Below the pieces are notes generated by a model. It was not told where the DNA came from. It did not search any database and saw only the letters and a list, made by a program, of their open reading frames with translations. The position numbers and the translations under genes were made by a program. A stretch of DNA of 64,000 bases from the human T2T-CHM13v2.0 reference genome, Homo sapiens. The stretch lies in assembly GCF_009914755.1 (NCBI RefSeq), contig NC_060935.1. One strand, given 5' to 3'. Of this stretch, positions 1-30,604 are shown one piece after another. The stretch's first letter is position 1, and every line of letters starts with the position of its first letter.

Positions 1-817
1 ATTTGGAGTCAAGTAAGAACATCTCTGTATTTTGTATAGTGAGAAAGGGACATATCAAAAAGTTATAAACTTCAAATCCCACATCTGATACACACTTTTT
101 TTTATTATTTAAAAAAATGAAAAAAAAGTTATAAACAAACTGTGACATCTAAACCTGGCATTTGAGTCTATCTCACTTTCACCTCCACTTATAAAACATT
201 TTGTAGTCAGTAATGGTGAGTCAGTGTTAGGAAACATCCCATAGTTTGCTAACATTAAGACAACTGAAATCAGTTGTCTTCAACTTTACAAAGTTGAAAA
301 CCTCTGCAATGTAGGAATATTTTTCTTTCAATGCAGCAAGAATAAACCTAACAAAGAAATAGGGATGGGAGTTTTAACTCTGGCTACCACCTCTCCCAAA
401 AATGTCTACTGGGTTTCTTCCAATGGTTTCTTTGTCATGAATATCTACTATGCTTGCAAAGCTTCAACTTTCCTATAGAACAAAGGTATACTTTCATATG
501 CCATGTTTGAGCAGCATATAAAACAGAACACGTGTCAACACCACAGCATCAACTGCCAACTAAATATTTATGCTTATTTGGTAGGAACTGTTCTAATCTG
601 CCATAGCAGTTTGGGGGCAGCTTAAGTTGTATACATTTTCACTAATTCTAGGAAACATTACTCATTAGAGCATATGCTCTACTAGAAAACAGCATCCACC
701 TGTGTTTAGGTTTTCTTCAAGTGAATAGATTTTCAATAAAATTAGGTCAACACATATGACTTCGTGTTCTTCTTTTGAAGCTATAAAATCCAAAGTGGTC
801 AGAGGGCTCCCTCTTAC

Positions 818-945
818 CTGGACACTGGTTAGAGTTGTGTACTGGTAGGCTCTGACGATCACATAATTAGCTTCCACATCTGCTAGTCCCAGCAGGATGT
901 ACTTCCACCATTTTCTTTTCAAGATTACTAAAAGGTTATCACTGC
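818..945 (-). CDS. SLC35F2: SLC35F2 coding exon 3 (128 nt; [43 protein letters not shown]); gene continues left of window
   Basis: Contains the SLC35F-type DVEANY...[11 protein letters not shown] motif; acceptor ttctttcaaccag|G, donor CAG|gtaaga; cumulative 414 nt = 138 codons. Confidence 0.97.
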
Positions 946-1004
946 CTGGTTGAAAGAAATATGGGTTAGTACATGTTACTTGCAAATGATACCATACATG
1001 TTGA

Positions 1005-1355
<351 letters not shown>

Positions 1356-1677
1356 TATTGTGTATTTCTAATGTGGCCCCCTCCTAGTTTCCATTCTTCA
1401 TAACCCAAACTCCTGCAACAGCTCACCAGAGTTAGATTTTTTTCTAGCATGAAACCCTAGTTAAAGTATCATCAGAGACCAAGTGTTCAATAAAAGCACC
1501 AGAATGAAAGTAAGAGAAAAGTGGTTAAATTCCCTTTCCCAAATGGGCACAGTGGTGTGCACCTGTAATCCCAGCTACTCAGGAGGTTGAGGTGAGGGCA
1601 GAGGACAGCTGGAGCCCAGGATTTCAAGACCAGCTGGGCTTACATAATGAGACTCCACCTCTTTAAGAAAAAAAAGA

Positions 1678-1842
1678 GGGAGGGCAGGGCGGGAGAAGAG
1701 CATTAAGGAAAAGAGCTAATACATGCTGGACTTAATACTTAGGTGATGGGTTGATAGCTGCAGCAAACCACCATGGCACGTTTATCTATGTAACAAACCT
1801 GCACATTCTGCACATGTATGCTGGAACTTAAAAAAATAAAAT
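1678..1842 (+). mobile_element. L1 (old L1PA-type) 3' end, preceded by an Alu monomer at about 1544-1675
   Basis: ttaatacttaggtgatgggttgatagctgcagcaaaccaccatggcacg...aacaaacctgcacattctgcacatgta...aacttaaaa. Confidence 0.85.
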
Positions 1843-2313
1843 AGTTTTTTTTTAAAATCCCTTTCCTATCATAACAGAAACAAAATTTCTGGATATGAGC
1901 TTGTATGTCGCCACTTCTGACAAGCCACGGACTATCCTAGGAAATGAAATGTTTTCCTAGAAATTAATTGGTTATTTAACTTCTATTCATGGGCTTCTTC
2001 AAAGAAAAGTCTGCAGGTGATCATTCTTTTGGAAGAGGTGTGCTTTCAAGTGAAAATTAAGTCCTCGATAAGCTTGAGAAAAGGCTTAGTGCACACTGAA
2101 GAAACACCTTTTATTCCTCCAAATTATATGTATTCAAATTAATTGGATTCACTACTTTGGAGAATCTGTCATCACAGGAGATGCAGAGTTGGCACATATA
2201 TGAGAAGGTTTTATGGCAAGATAACTCACAAATAAATAAAAGTAGTGAGAATCATAACCAAATAATTATCAGTAAAATCCAGTTAGCAGGAACATCTTGA
2301 AAACACAGAATTA

Positions 2314-2645
2314 GGCCGGGTGCGGTGGCTCACACCTGTAATCCCAGCACATTGGGAGGCTGAGGTGGGCAGATCACCTGAGGTCAGGAGTTCGAGACCA
2401 GCCTGGTCAACATGGAGAAACCCCATCTCTATTAAAAATACAAAAATTAGCTGGGCGTGGTGGCAGGTGCCTGTAATTCCAGCTACTAGGGAGGCTGAGG
2501 CAAGAAAATCGCTTGAACCCAGGAGGCAGAGGTTGCACTGAGCCGAGATTGTGCCATTGACCTGAAATCGTGCCACTGCATTCCAGCCTGGGCAACAAGA
2601 GCGAAACTCCGTCTCAGAAGAAAAACAAAAAACAAAACAAAAACA
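2314..2645 (+). mobile_element. AluS with TSD aaaacacagaatta
   Basis: Full dimer with flanking direct repeat. Confidence 0.9.
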
Positions 2646-2814
2646 CAGAATTAGTCTTCCTCAGCATCAAATGGCATAGGAAGCACCTAACAACCATCCC
2701 TTAGGGAGACTAACTGCACTGATACATTTGGGAGTCTCACCAAATTCCTGAAGGCCAATGCTTCCACAAAGAGCAAAGTCCAGGGTTATTAACCATGTAC
2801 AGTTCCACTCCCAA

Positions 2815-3115
2815 CTCTTCTTTTTTTTCCTTTGGAGACAGGGTCTTGGTCTGTCATTTGGGCTTGACAGCAGTGGTGTGATCTTGGCTCACTGCAACCT
2901 CAGCCTCTTGGGATCAAGCCATCCTCCACCTCAGCCTCCCAAGTAGCTGGGACTACAGGGACATGCCATCATGCCCAGCTAATTTTTGTATTTTTTGTAG
3001 AGAAGGAGTTTCATCGTGTTGCCCAGGCTTGTCTTGAACTCCTGGCCTCAGGTGATCCTCCCACCTTGACCTCCCTAAGTGCTGGGGTTACAGGTGTGAG
3101 CCATCACACCCAGCC
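2815..3115 (-). mobile_element. AluJ-like
   Basis: Reverse Alu dimer. Confidence 0.85.
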
Positions 3116-3320
3116 CTAAATTTCAATAAAGACTTTTAGATAGCTGGTGCATGGGATGAAATAAATTACTCTAATTTCCTAAGTGTGCACAGTGCTGTCC
3201 TTGTTCACTGGATTCACTAACCTTTGCAAGGCTTTTTCTTCTGCTATGTCAGCCACACGATTCAAAAGCAAGTAGTAAACTTAGAATCAGACCTTCAAAC
3301 CCCTTTACAACAAAGGGTTA

Positions 3321-4735
<1,415 letters not shown>

Positions 4736-4940
4736 CACACACACAAAAAAAAAAACACTTTTTTTTTGGACAACTTCTGTGTTACAAACAGTATGGTGCT
4801 ACTTACTTTAATCAACAATTTCAGAGAATTGTGCATAAGTCTCCAGTCACTACTTTCACAGAATTTAGAGGTGTCATACTTTTCTAGTAATTTTTATGAA
4901 GATAATTTTGTTGAAAAGATAATTTCCACATTTGACATAC

Positions 4941-5116
4941 CTGATCGAAATGCCAGCATCACTGTATAAATTAGGAACAGCAAGCAATAATTGATAAAGC
5001 TCTGAAGCATGGGGGTGTTCACTTTGTATCTTTCTGCCAAATACTGGCTGGTGATGGCTGTCCCACATATACACAAGGACAACATCTGACCCAGGGCAAT
5101 TGTTTTCAAAATATTC
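4941..5116 (-). CDS. SLC35F2: SLC35F2 coding exon 2 (176 nt; (W)[58 protein letters not shown](G))
   Basis: ORF 4894..5109 gives a hydrophobic SLC35F/DMT-fold sequence; acceptor ttcccttattttctag|G, donor CAG|gtatgt; phases fit exons 1 and 3. Confidence 0.97.
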
Positions 5117-5164
5117 CTAGAAAATAAGGGAAGAAATCAGAACAGCATGCAAATAAGTTATACC

Positions 5165-5166
<2 letters not shown>

Positions 5167-5204
<38 letters not shown>
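5167..5204 (-). repeat. (CA)19 microsatellite = (UG)n in pre-mRNA just upstream of the exon 2 acceptor
   Basis: Direct reading. Confidence 0.95.
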
Positions 5205-5207
<3 letters not shown>

Positions 5208-5409
5208 TAAACACAAAGGGAAATGCTAATTATTCCAGGTGGTTCTTCATTTCATGAAATAAAAATTAAAATGTTAGTTACTGAAGGACTACATTTTTAT
5301 TCTCTATTTTTCTGATCCCCTCCATTCCCACAAAAGCATATTCCCCCATTTCACTGAACATCCATTTAGAGATCATTTTGATTACTCAGCTATAACATAT
5401 ACTTTGTAA

Positions 5410-5768
<359 letters not shown>

Positions 5769-6146
5769 TAAAGAAACAAGTTGACTGAGACAGAAGAGGC
5801 TAAAATAATACGTATTTTCTGGATCAGATAATTGGATAGATAGCAATATGGTTAACCAAGATCCTAAATGCAGAAGGAAAAGGCATATTTGGAAAAGATA
5901 ATAGCTCCATTTTGGACATGCTGGATTTTGTTTAATTATGAGACAGCCAAGAAGAAATGTCCAGTAGGCAGCTTGGAGCTGGAAGAAAGGATTGGATTGG
6001 AGAAATAAACTTGAGAATCATGAGCATAAATGTGGTGGCTGAATGTGGGAACATAATGAGATCACTAAGGCGTATAACTAAAAATTGGGAAGAAAAGAGC
6101 AAAAAAGAAATACTGTGGGAAACAGCAATATTTAAAGGGCTGGAGA

Positions 6147-7565
<1,419 letters not shown>

Positions 7566-7599
7566 GAAACATTTGGCAACATCGAGGTATCCCACCTGT

Positions 7600-7960
7600 G
7601 TTCTCTCTAATCTCTTAGCCCTCTTGAGGTAACTAATTAGAACTTAGTATTTATTATTTTCATGCTTTTCTACATATTTTAATATTTATGTAAGTATCCC
7701 TAAGCAACAAATAGTATTGTTTCAAAATTTTATACAGGCGGCATCATACTGTATATACTTCTGCAATTGTGGTTTTGATCAACATGGTTTGAGAGGGCCA
7801 TCCATATTGATACATGAGTTCTTGTTCTTCCTTTTCAGTACTGTATAGTACTCTACCACATGACTACATCATGCTTTATTGATCCATTCCACTGTTGATG
7901 AATATTTTGGTTGTATTCCTTTTTCTTTTTTGTTTTCATATGTCTCTTGATGTAATTTTC
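7600..7960 (-). mobile_element. Old L1M relic
   Basis: catcatactgtatatacttctgcaa...tttattgatccattccactgttgatgaatattttggttg. Confidence 0.65.
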
Positions 7961-9134
7961 TAAGAGTTTTTTCTAGTTTTTAGCCAGGTGGTAGAAATGG
8001 ATTACAGATGGTGAGGCGTGGTGGCTCACGCCTGTAATTCCAGCACTTTGGGAAGCTGAGGAAGGAGGATTGCTTGAGCCCAAGAGTTCAAAACCACCCT
8101 GGGCAACAAAGAGAGACCCTGTCTCTATTTTAAAAAAGTGGGGGGGTGGTTATAGATATGCTGAGATTTAATCTCCTCAGTACTCAGGATGACCTGATGG
8201 GAGCCATCTAAGGCATCTGGAGAGATTCCAGCCAGTTGCATTCTGCTGGGAGCAGGAAACTCAGAGTGTCCTACAAATATAATGACTTTCTATTTCTATA
8301 GTAAAGTTTAAAGGAATCACTTGCTCTGGAGATATATCCAAGAACAGAATTGGACGAGATGGTGTTTGTTCTTAGGGCATGAGCATCTTCAGTTTCGTTT
8401 TCCTAGATTGCTCTCCAAAGGGTTATATTACTTCATGTAGCTGAGTCTGGTACTCTCAAAAGTAAGGAATCTCCACTCTCCAAAGGGAAGGTGATGATGT
8501 CAAGAACTGGCCAAATCCAAGGACACTGTGTTAGGTTACTGGAGGAAATTTTCACCAAGATGAGCAAAACGTTAAGGATTTCCTCCCCTACAGGTAGCAT
8601 TCTTTCTAAGCATGCTCTACCAGGCACCAGCTGATGAGCTAAACCAGATCCAGAGTTGCTATCTCCTTCTCTTGTGCACACTTCCTCTTGAAGGAGTCAT
8701 GGTTTGCATTGATTCGGGTCTGAGGCTGCCCTATCCTAGACAAAGGAAATTCACCACTTAGTCCGGTATAGTGCACCAGGAGTCTCCAGGAATGTGGGGC
8801 CAAAGCCAAAGGCTGAAAAAGTTCATTCATTTTGTGTCATTATTCCCAGCCATATGCTTCTCTCAGGAACCATGTGGGGAGAGGTACCTGGCTGAGGAAA
8901 TGGTTCCGATTTCCCTATATTTCATTGTTCAATTAATACCTATCACAGCTCACAATCTCAATAACATGATCCTGACAACAGCCCTGAGAAAAGTACTATT
9001 GCACTCATGTTACAGATGGAGAAGATGACTCAGAGTGGGTCCAGAATTCACCCATTGTCATACTGTCCGTAAAAGGCAGAAGAGATCAGTGCTCCTATTA
9101 AAAGACCAGATCACAGGATTCAAATTTGCTTAAA

Positions 9135-13110
<3,976 letters not shown>

Positions 13111-13975
13111 AAATTATAAGTAGCTTTTCTTTACATAGTGAGTAGCAGCCAAGATGAACTGTTTTCTTTCCATCTCCATAGTCCTACGATTCAAAAGTTT
13201 AGCCATCAATGTATCATCTAATTCTAGTAAGCATGAGTAGCTTGCAATTGTGAAGAACCTACATTCTGTTAGTCATATTCAAAACTCAAAGTAGCTAAAA
13301 AAGTCAAATTTTAAAAAATAGATAGTGTATTGGTGTATATGATCACCTCACAAAGAAGGCAAGTAAAAGAAAGGAAATCAGTGTTTTCTTTTTGCTCACT
13401 GGATGATGTCTTACTCGGAATAGGTGCTCAGTAAATGTTTATTAACAAAAAATGCACTATTATGAAGATGGCATCATGTTAAAATGCAAGGCAGACAATA
13501 CTGTAGACAAGAGGCCCTCAAAAGTGAACTCAATGAATGTTACAGTGGAAAAAATACAAACTCCAGAGTTAGATAAAACTGGGTTCTGGATTTAAATTTG
13601 AAACATGAAAGAGAGGAGAAACAGGTACAGGCAAGTGAAAACAGTGGTTCACACCATGTGCTGTTCTGGAAAAGGCTAGTAGAGAGTGCAATTTGGATGT
13701 GACCTTCAAGAAAAGATTATTCCTTCTGAACATAGCAGAAAGAATCCTAGTCTTTGAATCCAAAGATCTAACTCTACTCTTTATTAGTGTTAGGTAGTTC
13801 TCTTATGTCTTTTTTAAGTGAGTGTAATACCACCTTTATGCGCCTAAGGGTTAATTGATGTAACCTATAAAAGTACCTAGCACATCCACCCACCTGAGGC
13901 ACTGAGTGCATTTTATTTCCTTCCTTCCTCTGGCTCGCCCTGTCTTTTGGTAACCTCTTGACCATACCTGTCTAT

Positions 13976-14112
13976 TCTATATATGCACCATCCAATAGAG
14001 TAGCCTCTACCCATATGCAGCCATTGAGTGTTTGAAACATGGCTCTATATATGCACCATCCAATAGAGTAGCCTCTACCTATATGCAGCCATTGAGTGTT
14101 TGAAACATGGCT
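13976..14112 (+). repeat. 68-bp direct tandem duplication at the end of a MER3-like element
   Basis: tctatatatgcaccatccaatagagtagcc...gaaacatggc at 13976 and 14044, one mismatch. Confidence 0.93.
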
Positions 14113-14398
14113 AATGTGAATGAGGAATTGAATGTTTAATGTAATTTCGTTTCAACTTAAATAAAATAGCCATATATGGAGAATGGCTACCAAATTAGAC
14201 AGTGAAGCCAGGGATCAGCATTGTGCAATACTGTAGATGTTACCACAACGATGGAAATGTTTGAAAAGTAGTTCTTGAGCACTTCAAATGTGGCTAGTAT
14301 AAATGAGGAACTGAATTTTTTGTTTTATTCTATTTTAATTCATTTTCATTTAAATAACCACATGTGGCTGGGGGTTATAGTATTGAATAACACAGCCC
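13985..14398. mobile_element. Two adjacent MER3/MER33-like hAT-Charlie relics
   Basis: tccaatagagtagcc...gaggaattgaat...aaatagccatat...ggctaccaaattagacag and gagcacttcaaatgtggctagt...ccacatgtggct. Confidence 0.7.
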
Positions 14399-14399
14399 T

Positions 14400-14892
<493 letters not shown>

Positions 14893-15139
14893 CAAGGGTC
14901 TACAGCAATGCTTCTGATTCTGAGGTCTCTCAACTTTTAGGAATCCGTGGAAGAAGTGAATGCAATCCATGGGCTGTTCAGGATCTGTTTTTGACACTTC
15001 AAAAACTTAACAGTACTTCTGACTGTTGCTGGTAAAAGCGTAAAATAATAAATCTCTATTTCAGCGGGAGAGTTTGGGGGTGCTGATTTGACAATTTCTA
15101 GCAATTTTGTCTCAAGGAATCTACCCCAAGGCAACTCTG

Positions 15140-19450
<4,311 letters not shown>

Positions 19451-19452
19451 GT

Positions 19453-19765
19453 TGGCTGGGCACAGTGGCTCACGCCTGTAATCTCAGCACTGTGGGAGGC
19501 CGAGGCGGGCAGATCACGAGGTCAAGAGATCGAGAACATCCTGGCCAACATGGTGAAACCCCATCTCTACTAAAAACACAAAAATTAGCTGGGCATGGTG
19601 GTGGATGCCTGTAGTCCCAGCTACTCAGGAGGCTGAGGCAGGAGAATGGCGTGAACCTGGGAGGCGGAGCTTGCAGTGAGCCGAGATCACGCCACTGCAC
19701 TCCAACCTGGGAGACAGAGCAAGACTCAGTCTCAAAAAAAAAAAAAAAAGAAAAGAAAAAAAAAG
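19453..19765 (+). mobile_element. AluY/Sc-like
   Basis: gagatcgagaacatcctgg, gaatggcgtgaacc, gcggagcttgcag diagnostics. Confidence 0.85.
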
Positions 19766-21671
19766 AGAACAGCCTCTACTTTTATTTGAATGTTCCCATA
19801 AAATTTTTTTTAAGCCAACAGAAACCCTACATGTACCCATGCCAAGGCTGTTCAGACAAGCCAAAACATCACATGTATTTGCCTTCAGCTCTAATTATAT
19901 CAACCAAGTGTGGTAACAATCATTTTCTCTTGCTAATCAGAAGTTCAGGTGTCTGATTAGTTAAAAGAGAGAGAGAAAAAAATAAACTCATTATTACTTA
20001 ACAAATGAGTATTGGGGAAAGGGTGTCAAAATCTTTCAAAACATAAGATTCCTGGCAAAAAATAATAATAAAAGGGGTTCATAATGGAAGAAAAACCTGA
20101 AGATTGCTGATCTAATATAAAATGTCTCACACTGTATTCTACTTACTATGTATATGGCTACCCAGGTAGGTCACAAGCTCCTAAAAGACAGAAACAGTGT
20201 CATATTCCTCTTTGTTTATCCAGGATATGAATCAATACGGGCTGGCACAATTGCTGCAAAGGTAAAAAATGCCACCGGAGAAAGCTGACCTTTCTGAAAC
20301 CTCTGTTAGTTCAACTGGAACAAGTAGGAACAAATGGATTACAAGAAGAAATCAATCTACAGTTTAACTTGGAAATGTGTCAACCCAAATGTGATTATCA
20401 GGAAGCATTCAACTTAAAAATAAAAGTGTAAAATAAGTTGCAAAACTCATTGGAATGGGACAGGGTGATAGTATTTGCTCCCATCTCAGCCTACCACATA
20501 GCTGGGACTACAGGCACATGCCACTACACCCAGCTAATTTTTAAAATTTTGGTAGAGACAAGGCCTCACTCACTATGTTGCCCAGGCTGGTCTCAAACTC
20601 CCGGCCTCAGGCGATCCTCATGCCTAGACCTCCCAAAGCACTGGGATTATAGACGTGCACCACCACACCCAACCAACAAGACAATCTTATCTGGTTGCAA
20701 GGCAGATACAAAATTATCTTCGTGAAGTGGGGGGACATGTAATTTCTTTGCCCTTGTTCTAGATACACCAAGCAACATTAATCCTATATTTCCCAGGTAG
20801 GTTTTTCTTTTGAGATGGTTGTCTTGTGACCATCTGTCAAAGTTAGCAGTGACAATTCTCATTAAAAACTACCACCTTTCTTTTCAAGTGTAAGTGTAAG
20901 TTTGAACAGCAAGAGCTACTTTCTCCAGAGACTGGTCACTACCAAATGAACTGATCATGATGTTCCAGACAAAGAGAACTGGAAAATTCTGGCAAAGAAC
21001 AGGAATCAAGAGGTTCAGGTGTCAGCCTTCTTATCTACTACTCTAGAAATATGTTCATAAGGTTTTGCCAAAACCACAGTCTCACTATTTAATGAAGCAA
21101 TAAAGCAAGCTTTTCCAAAAATTACCCTATACATTATAACACCAGTTATAGTTTCTTATGGAGCGGGACATTTCTGAAATTGGCAAAATATTTTTTTTTT
21201 CTGCTGATCTTCACCAAATGTTATACTGCATTTCTTAGACTAAAGGATGGGGTGGGTGAGCTAATTTTGCAGTATTCTATAACAATACAACAGAAGTTTG
21301 GAGCAGAGCAAGTTTAGTATGGGTCTAGATCCAGCAAGTAACCCACTAGGTTATATCCAGTCACTTTAGTTGTAACTCAGGATATTTCCAATCAAGACAG
21401 CTTCTACCTCTGAGCATTCCCAATGTTGTTAGTTCCCGGAACTGGTTTATTCTATTCTGAATCTACGAGAACAAGAAAAGGCCTGGAGCCAAAAGATAGT
21501 AGTGGGAGGGTTTAGAAGTCAATGACTTGATGAATTGATTGATGGATCAAATTGCCTGATTGACTAAACCTTAAAAGAACCAGATAATTTGGGTGGGATT
21601 GTGGAAATTTTTTGTTATTTTCTTTTTATTCTGTACATACTAGTTTTCAAACAATGAGAAATCTATTTACA

Positions 21672-22724
<1,053 letters not shown>

Positions 22725-22822
22725 TCAAAAGTATCAGAATCAGGAGCAAAATACAAACCTACTGGCACTAAGTAGAGTGCTTTTGCTAACCATGTTCCCT
22801 CCTACATGACTCTTGTTAAAAT

Positions 22823-23812
<990 letters not shown>

Positions 23813-25533
23813 AAATGAATGAAGCTACAAAAACACAGGCTAGATTTCCACAGCCGTAAAAATACAGGCTAATGCGATTTCTCTCTATAAATGCCCAAAC
23901 TTTATCTGATCATATATACTCATATCATATATACTCATATCTAAGTATATTTTTCCATACATTTTATAATACATAACATATTGCATGACTACAGATTCAG
24001 TTATTATGGAATTATAATTATTATACATTTAAGTTGGAATTCTGTATGCAAAAATATCCTAACACACTTCAATCATATTGTCCACACTACTGAAATATAC
24101 AAAATATACAACTCCTGTAATACCTGACAACTGTAAACCATCATAATATCATCCCATAGCCAATAAGATAAAAGCTACCAATATCAAGTCCTGTAGAAAA
24201 TGAGAGAGAGTTACGCAGAAAATCAAACGGGTGCTAGTTAAAGAGGCCAACAATCAATGCCTTAAATCATTAACACGCACACTCACATGCAAAAACAGAA
24301 AAGCGTGGAGCAAGAGCAAACAGCCACTTAAGGTATTTGAAGGTAACTACACCTACAGGCTGAACACAGTACACCTGGTAAACTGCAGCCTTGTCTGCGG
24401 GAGGTCATCTATCTCAAAACAATCAAATCAGAGGTTATACCTGTGTCTTTTTTCAAGAGAGGACTTTGCAGTAGCACACCACTTCAAGATTTTTACCTAG
24501 AGACTGGAATGTGTGCGAATTTCCCTTCCCTGCTTAGTGGAAATAGTCCGAACCTGGAAGGCAGCTTCAATAGCCCACAGTGACTTTTTTTTTTTCCTTT
24601 TTTTGAGACAGGGTCAGGTTTCTGTCGCCCAAACTGGAGCGCAGTGGCATAATCAGGGTTCATTGCAGCCTCCTGGGCTCAAGTGATTTTCCCACCTCAG
24701 CCCCCAAGTAACTGGGACTACAGGTGTACACCACCATGCCCAGCTAATTTTTTTATTTTTAGTAGAGACAGGGTTTCACCATGTTCCCCACACTGGTCTG
24801 GAACTCCTGGACTCAAGCGATCTGCCTGCCTCAGCCTCCCAAACACAATGACTCTTATTACCATCTCCTTAATGGTACCCAATTCAATTCAGCATGTTTT
24901 TTTTAGATCCTAACACTGTGTCAAGCTATGGGAGCAGAGAAACGGAGCCCCTGTCCTCATGGAATTCACAATACAGCAGTGAAGAAGAATAGTAAAGCAA
25001 CAATTCCAAATGTGGTGAGGGTGAACAAAGAGATGTACAAGGTAGGATGAGATCTAACCAAATCTGGGATTCATGGAAAGCCTTATTCATAAGGTCTTGA
25101 CTTGAAGAATAAAGACAAGTTGTCTGGGTCAAGAGAAGGGCTATAGGAATTGTCATCCCAGCAAAGCGGACAGCATTGTAAATTCTCCAGCATGAATGGA
25201 GCCTGAACATGCAGCTCATCCAAAGGAATCAGTATTTTTCTAATCTGTGGTATAACCTAAACAGTCAGTAGCAATTATTGGTTTATTATTTCAAACACTG
25301 AGTATGTGTAAAAGATTGTGGGTGAAAGTTGAGTAAAGGTTTCCTTGACATTTTATGAATTATCACTTACATTTTTTCTTTTTCTTTTTTGTTTCCCTGC
25401 TGTTCATGAGCTCTAGAAAGCTGTAGAACTATTGCTTACATTTTCACCAACATCTAGGTGTTCTTATTTCTTTGTGCTCTAAAGCTTTTTTTTTGTCTGG
25501 TGGGGGGCATCATTTCTGGGTTCTACCACTAAA

Positions 25534-25994
25534 TGTAGGTGGAAGAATACTGGTCCTCCAAAAGTGTCCACACTCTCTCCCTCACCCCTGAACCTGTGAA
25601 TAGGTTACCTTACAAGGCAAAAGGGACTTCTGTAGATGTGGATTAACCAGGTAGCCCCAATCTAATCACATGAGACTTTAAAAGCAAAAACGTTTCCCAG
25701 CTGTAGTCAGAAGGAGCTATAACTACAGAAGGCTCAGAGAGATGCAACGTTGCTAGCTTTGAAGTCACAAGCCAAGGAAGGCAGGCGGCTTCCAGAAGGT
25801 GGAAAAGGCCAGGAATTGATTCTCCCCTAAAACCTCCAGAAAAGAATGCAACACCTGCAACACTTTGATTTTTAGCCCGGGAAGATGAATGTTGGCTTTC
25901 TGACCTACAGAACAGTAAGATATTAAATTGGTGTTGTTTTAAACCACTAAATTGGTGGTAATTTGTTATGACAGCAATAGAAAACGAATATACA
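25534..25994 (+). mobile_element. MLT1D-like MaLR LTR
   Basis: gaacctgtgaataggttaccttacaaggcaaaagggact...gattctcccctaaaacctccaga...ttctgacctacagaacagtaagat...gcaatagaaaacgaatataca. Confidence 0.8.
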
Positions 25995-26492
25995 AAGTCA
26001 ACAATGCATGTGATACTTTAAAACAACACTTGAATCATAATGTTATAACTATTTACATTCATCTCAGCGAATTTCCTTAGTAACAAAATAATCACATCAA
26101 ATAAAGAGTCTATTAAAAAACTGCAGGCAAAGCTGATTGGGAGCTACCTTGGATTGAAACACTTTCATCGTTTGCCAGGGAGAAAATAAAACCAGGCCAT
26201 CAAGCCAGAAACTGCTGAACTAGTTCCATGGAAACCAACAAAAATTGAAAGTATAAATCCAGTGATTTATTCTTATGCATTATGTCCCATGTGACTTAGT
26301 GAAGAACACAGGGGACACATTAGTACTGTCCCATCCCCTACATAATAAAAGACAGGGAAGTGCTAGCCACTGATGAGCTCTTACGTATATTAACATACTG
26401 CATGTTCATACAACACTATATATGTATCATTCTGGCAGCATTTAAGTCTTTTAACCAAGTTTATGTGCCAAATAAATAGCAGCACTAGATTA

Positions 26493-29103
<2,611 letters not shown>

Positions 29104-30361
29104 TGAAACACATTTTCATATCAGCTATTCTCTTTGGATATGGGTCAGAGGAACTTAAGTCTATTGCCTAGATTAGGGGGAAGGGGGCAAAATAAAGAGG
29201 GCAGCATTCAACTGTGGGCAATATATGGAGTATGTGGCCTCTGCCTCCAGGATCCTCCCTCCCCACAACTCTTCTGTGAGAAAAATTCTAAGAGGTGCAC
29301 AAACATGGACACACTCCAAAAGACACAGAGGAGCTCCAGGAGGGCTGAAAAGGTGGGTGCTGGGGTGGGAGGCAGGTAGGATCAGGAAGCATAGGATTAG
29401 CGTTGGTAATAAACGTGCTGCCATTTCACAAGTCTGGATTGCAAGAGAGTACATCCCTGAGACAGGCATACAACCCTCCCTCTGCCCATCCCAGTCTGGC
29501 ACAGGGACTGAGCACAAACAAACCCTGTTCTCAACAGGCAGCCAAGAAGCCACATAAAATGTTCAATTCTTAACACTGCCTGCCCATTGAGGCAGAACAG
29601 AAGGTTCTGAAGGACGATTCTCTTTAACTATTGTAAAAACTAGATTTCCCTCATTGCGGATTATCAAAACAAAAATCGCTTTCAACACTTGAGGGGTTTG
29701 TTCATTTTGTGTTTTGTGTGATCTAAATTGTCCAATGCAATCCTCAGATGAAGATAATCAACTGGCATGCAGCTGGAAGAATGAAGCCAACAGCAAACGC
29801 AATGCACAAAGGCTTACACAGAATCCTGCTGTGGTTTGGACTCCTGGCTCCTGCTGCTTCTCTGGTCTCTCTGTGGTTTGGCAGCGTAACCCTCCATGAT
29901 TCTGTAAAGTAATAAATCCTCTTTTTTTTCTTTCCTATGCCAGTGGTGAGCTGGACACCACCAGTACCTCTAACAACTGACCTACTACACTCGTCACACA
30001 CCAATCAGGCACCTGAAGAAAACAGGAGTCTGTGACTAATCTAGAAAGCTCGTGGAGACCTGGCCCAGTGAGGGAAGCGGAGGCGGCGGGGAGATTTCCT
30101 ATGAGTCATGTCATCCTTTCTAGTCTTTCAACACCCTACAGGCCCCAAACCAGAAAAACTGTCATACGCCTCCCTTAAACTAGCTTCAACTTCTCCTAAT
30201 TTAATCCAGACAACTCTGAATAGGCTCAAAAACTTTTCAACTTCCACTACCACACAAGAACGAGGATTATCGGGGAACCTGATGCAAGCCCAAAATTTTG
30301 TCAGTCTCAGGTGGGATCTTTAAATCCGTTAAGTTGCAATGTGTATAGAGCAATCTGTTTA

Positions 30362-30604
<243 letters not shown>

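Noticed and set aside
665-985. Whole 106-aa ORF (and 4894-5109) as standalone genes
   Set aside because: Only the parts inside splice sites are SLC35F2 exons; the flanks are intron read-through
20240-20432. About 63-codon open plus-strand frame (GWHNCCKG...NLKIKV) as a pseudogene fragment
   Set aside because: No start or splice context and no recognisable protein; at most a faint CR1/L2-like relic, which would need a tBLASTn/Dfam search
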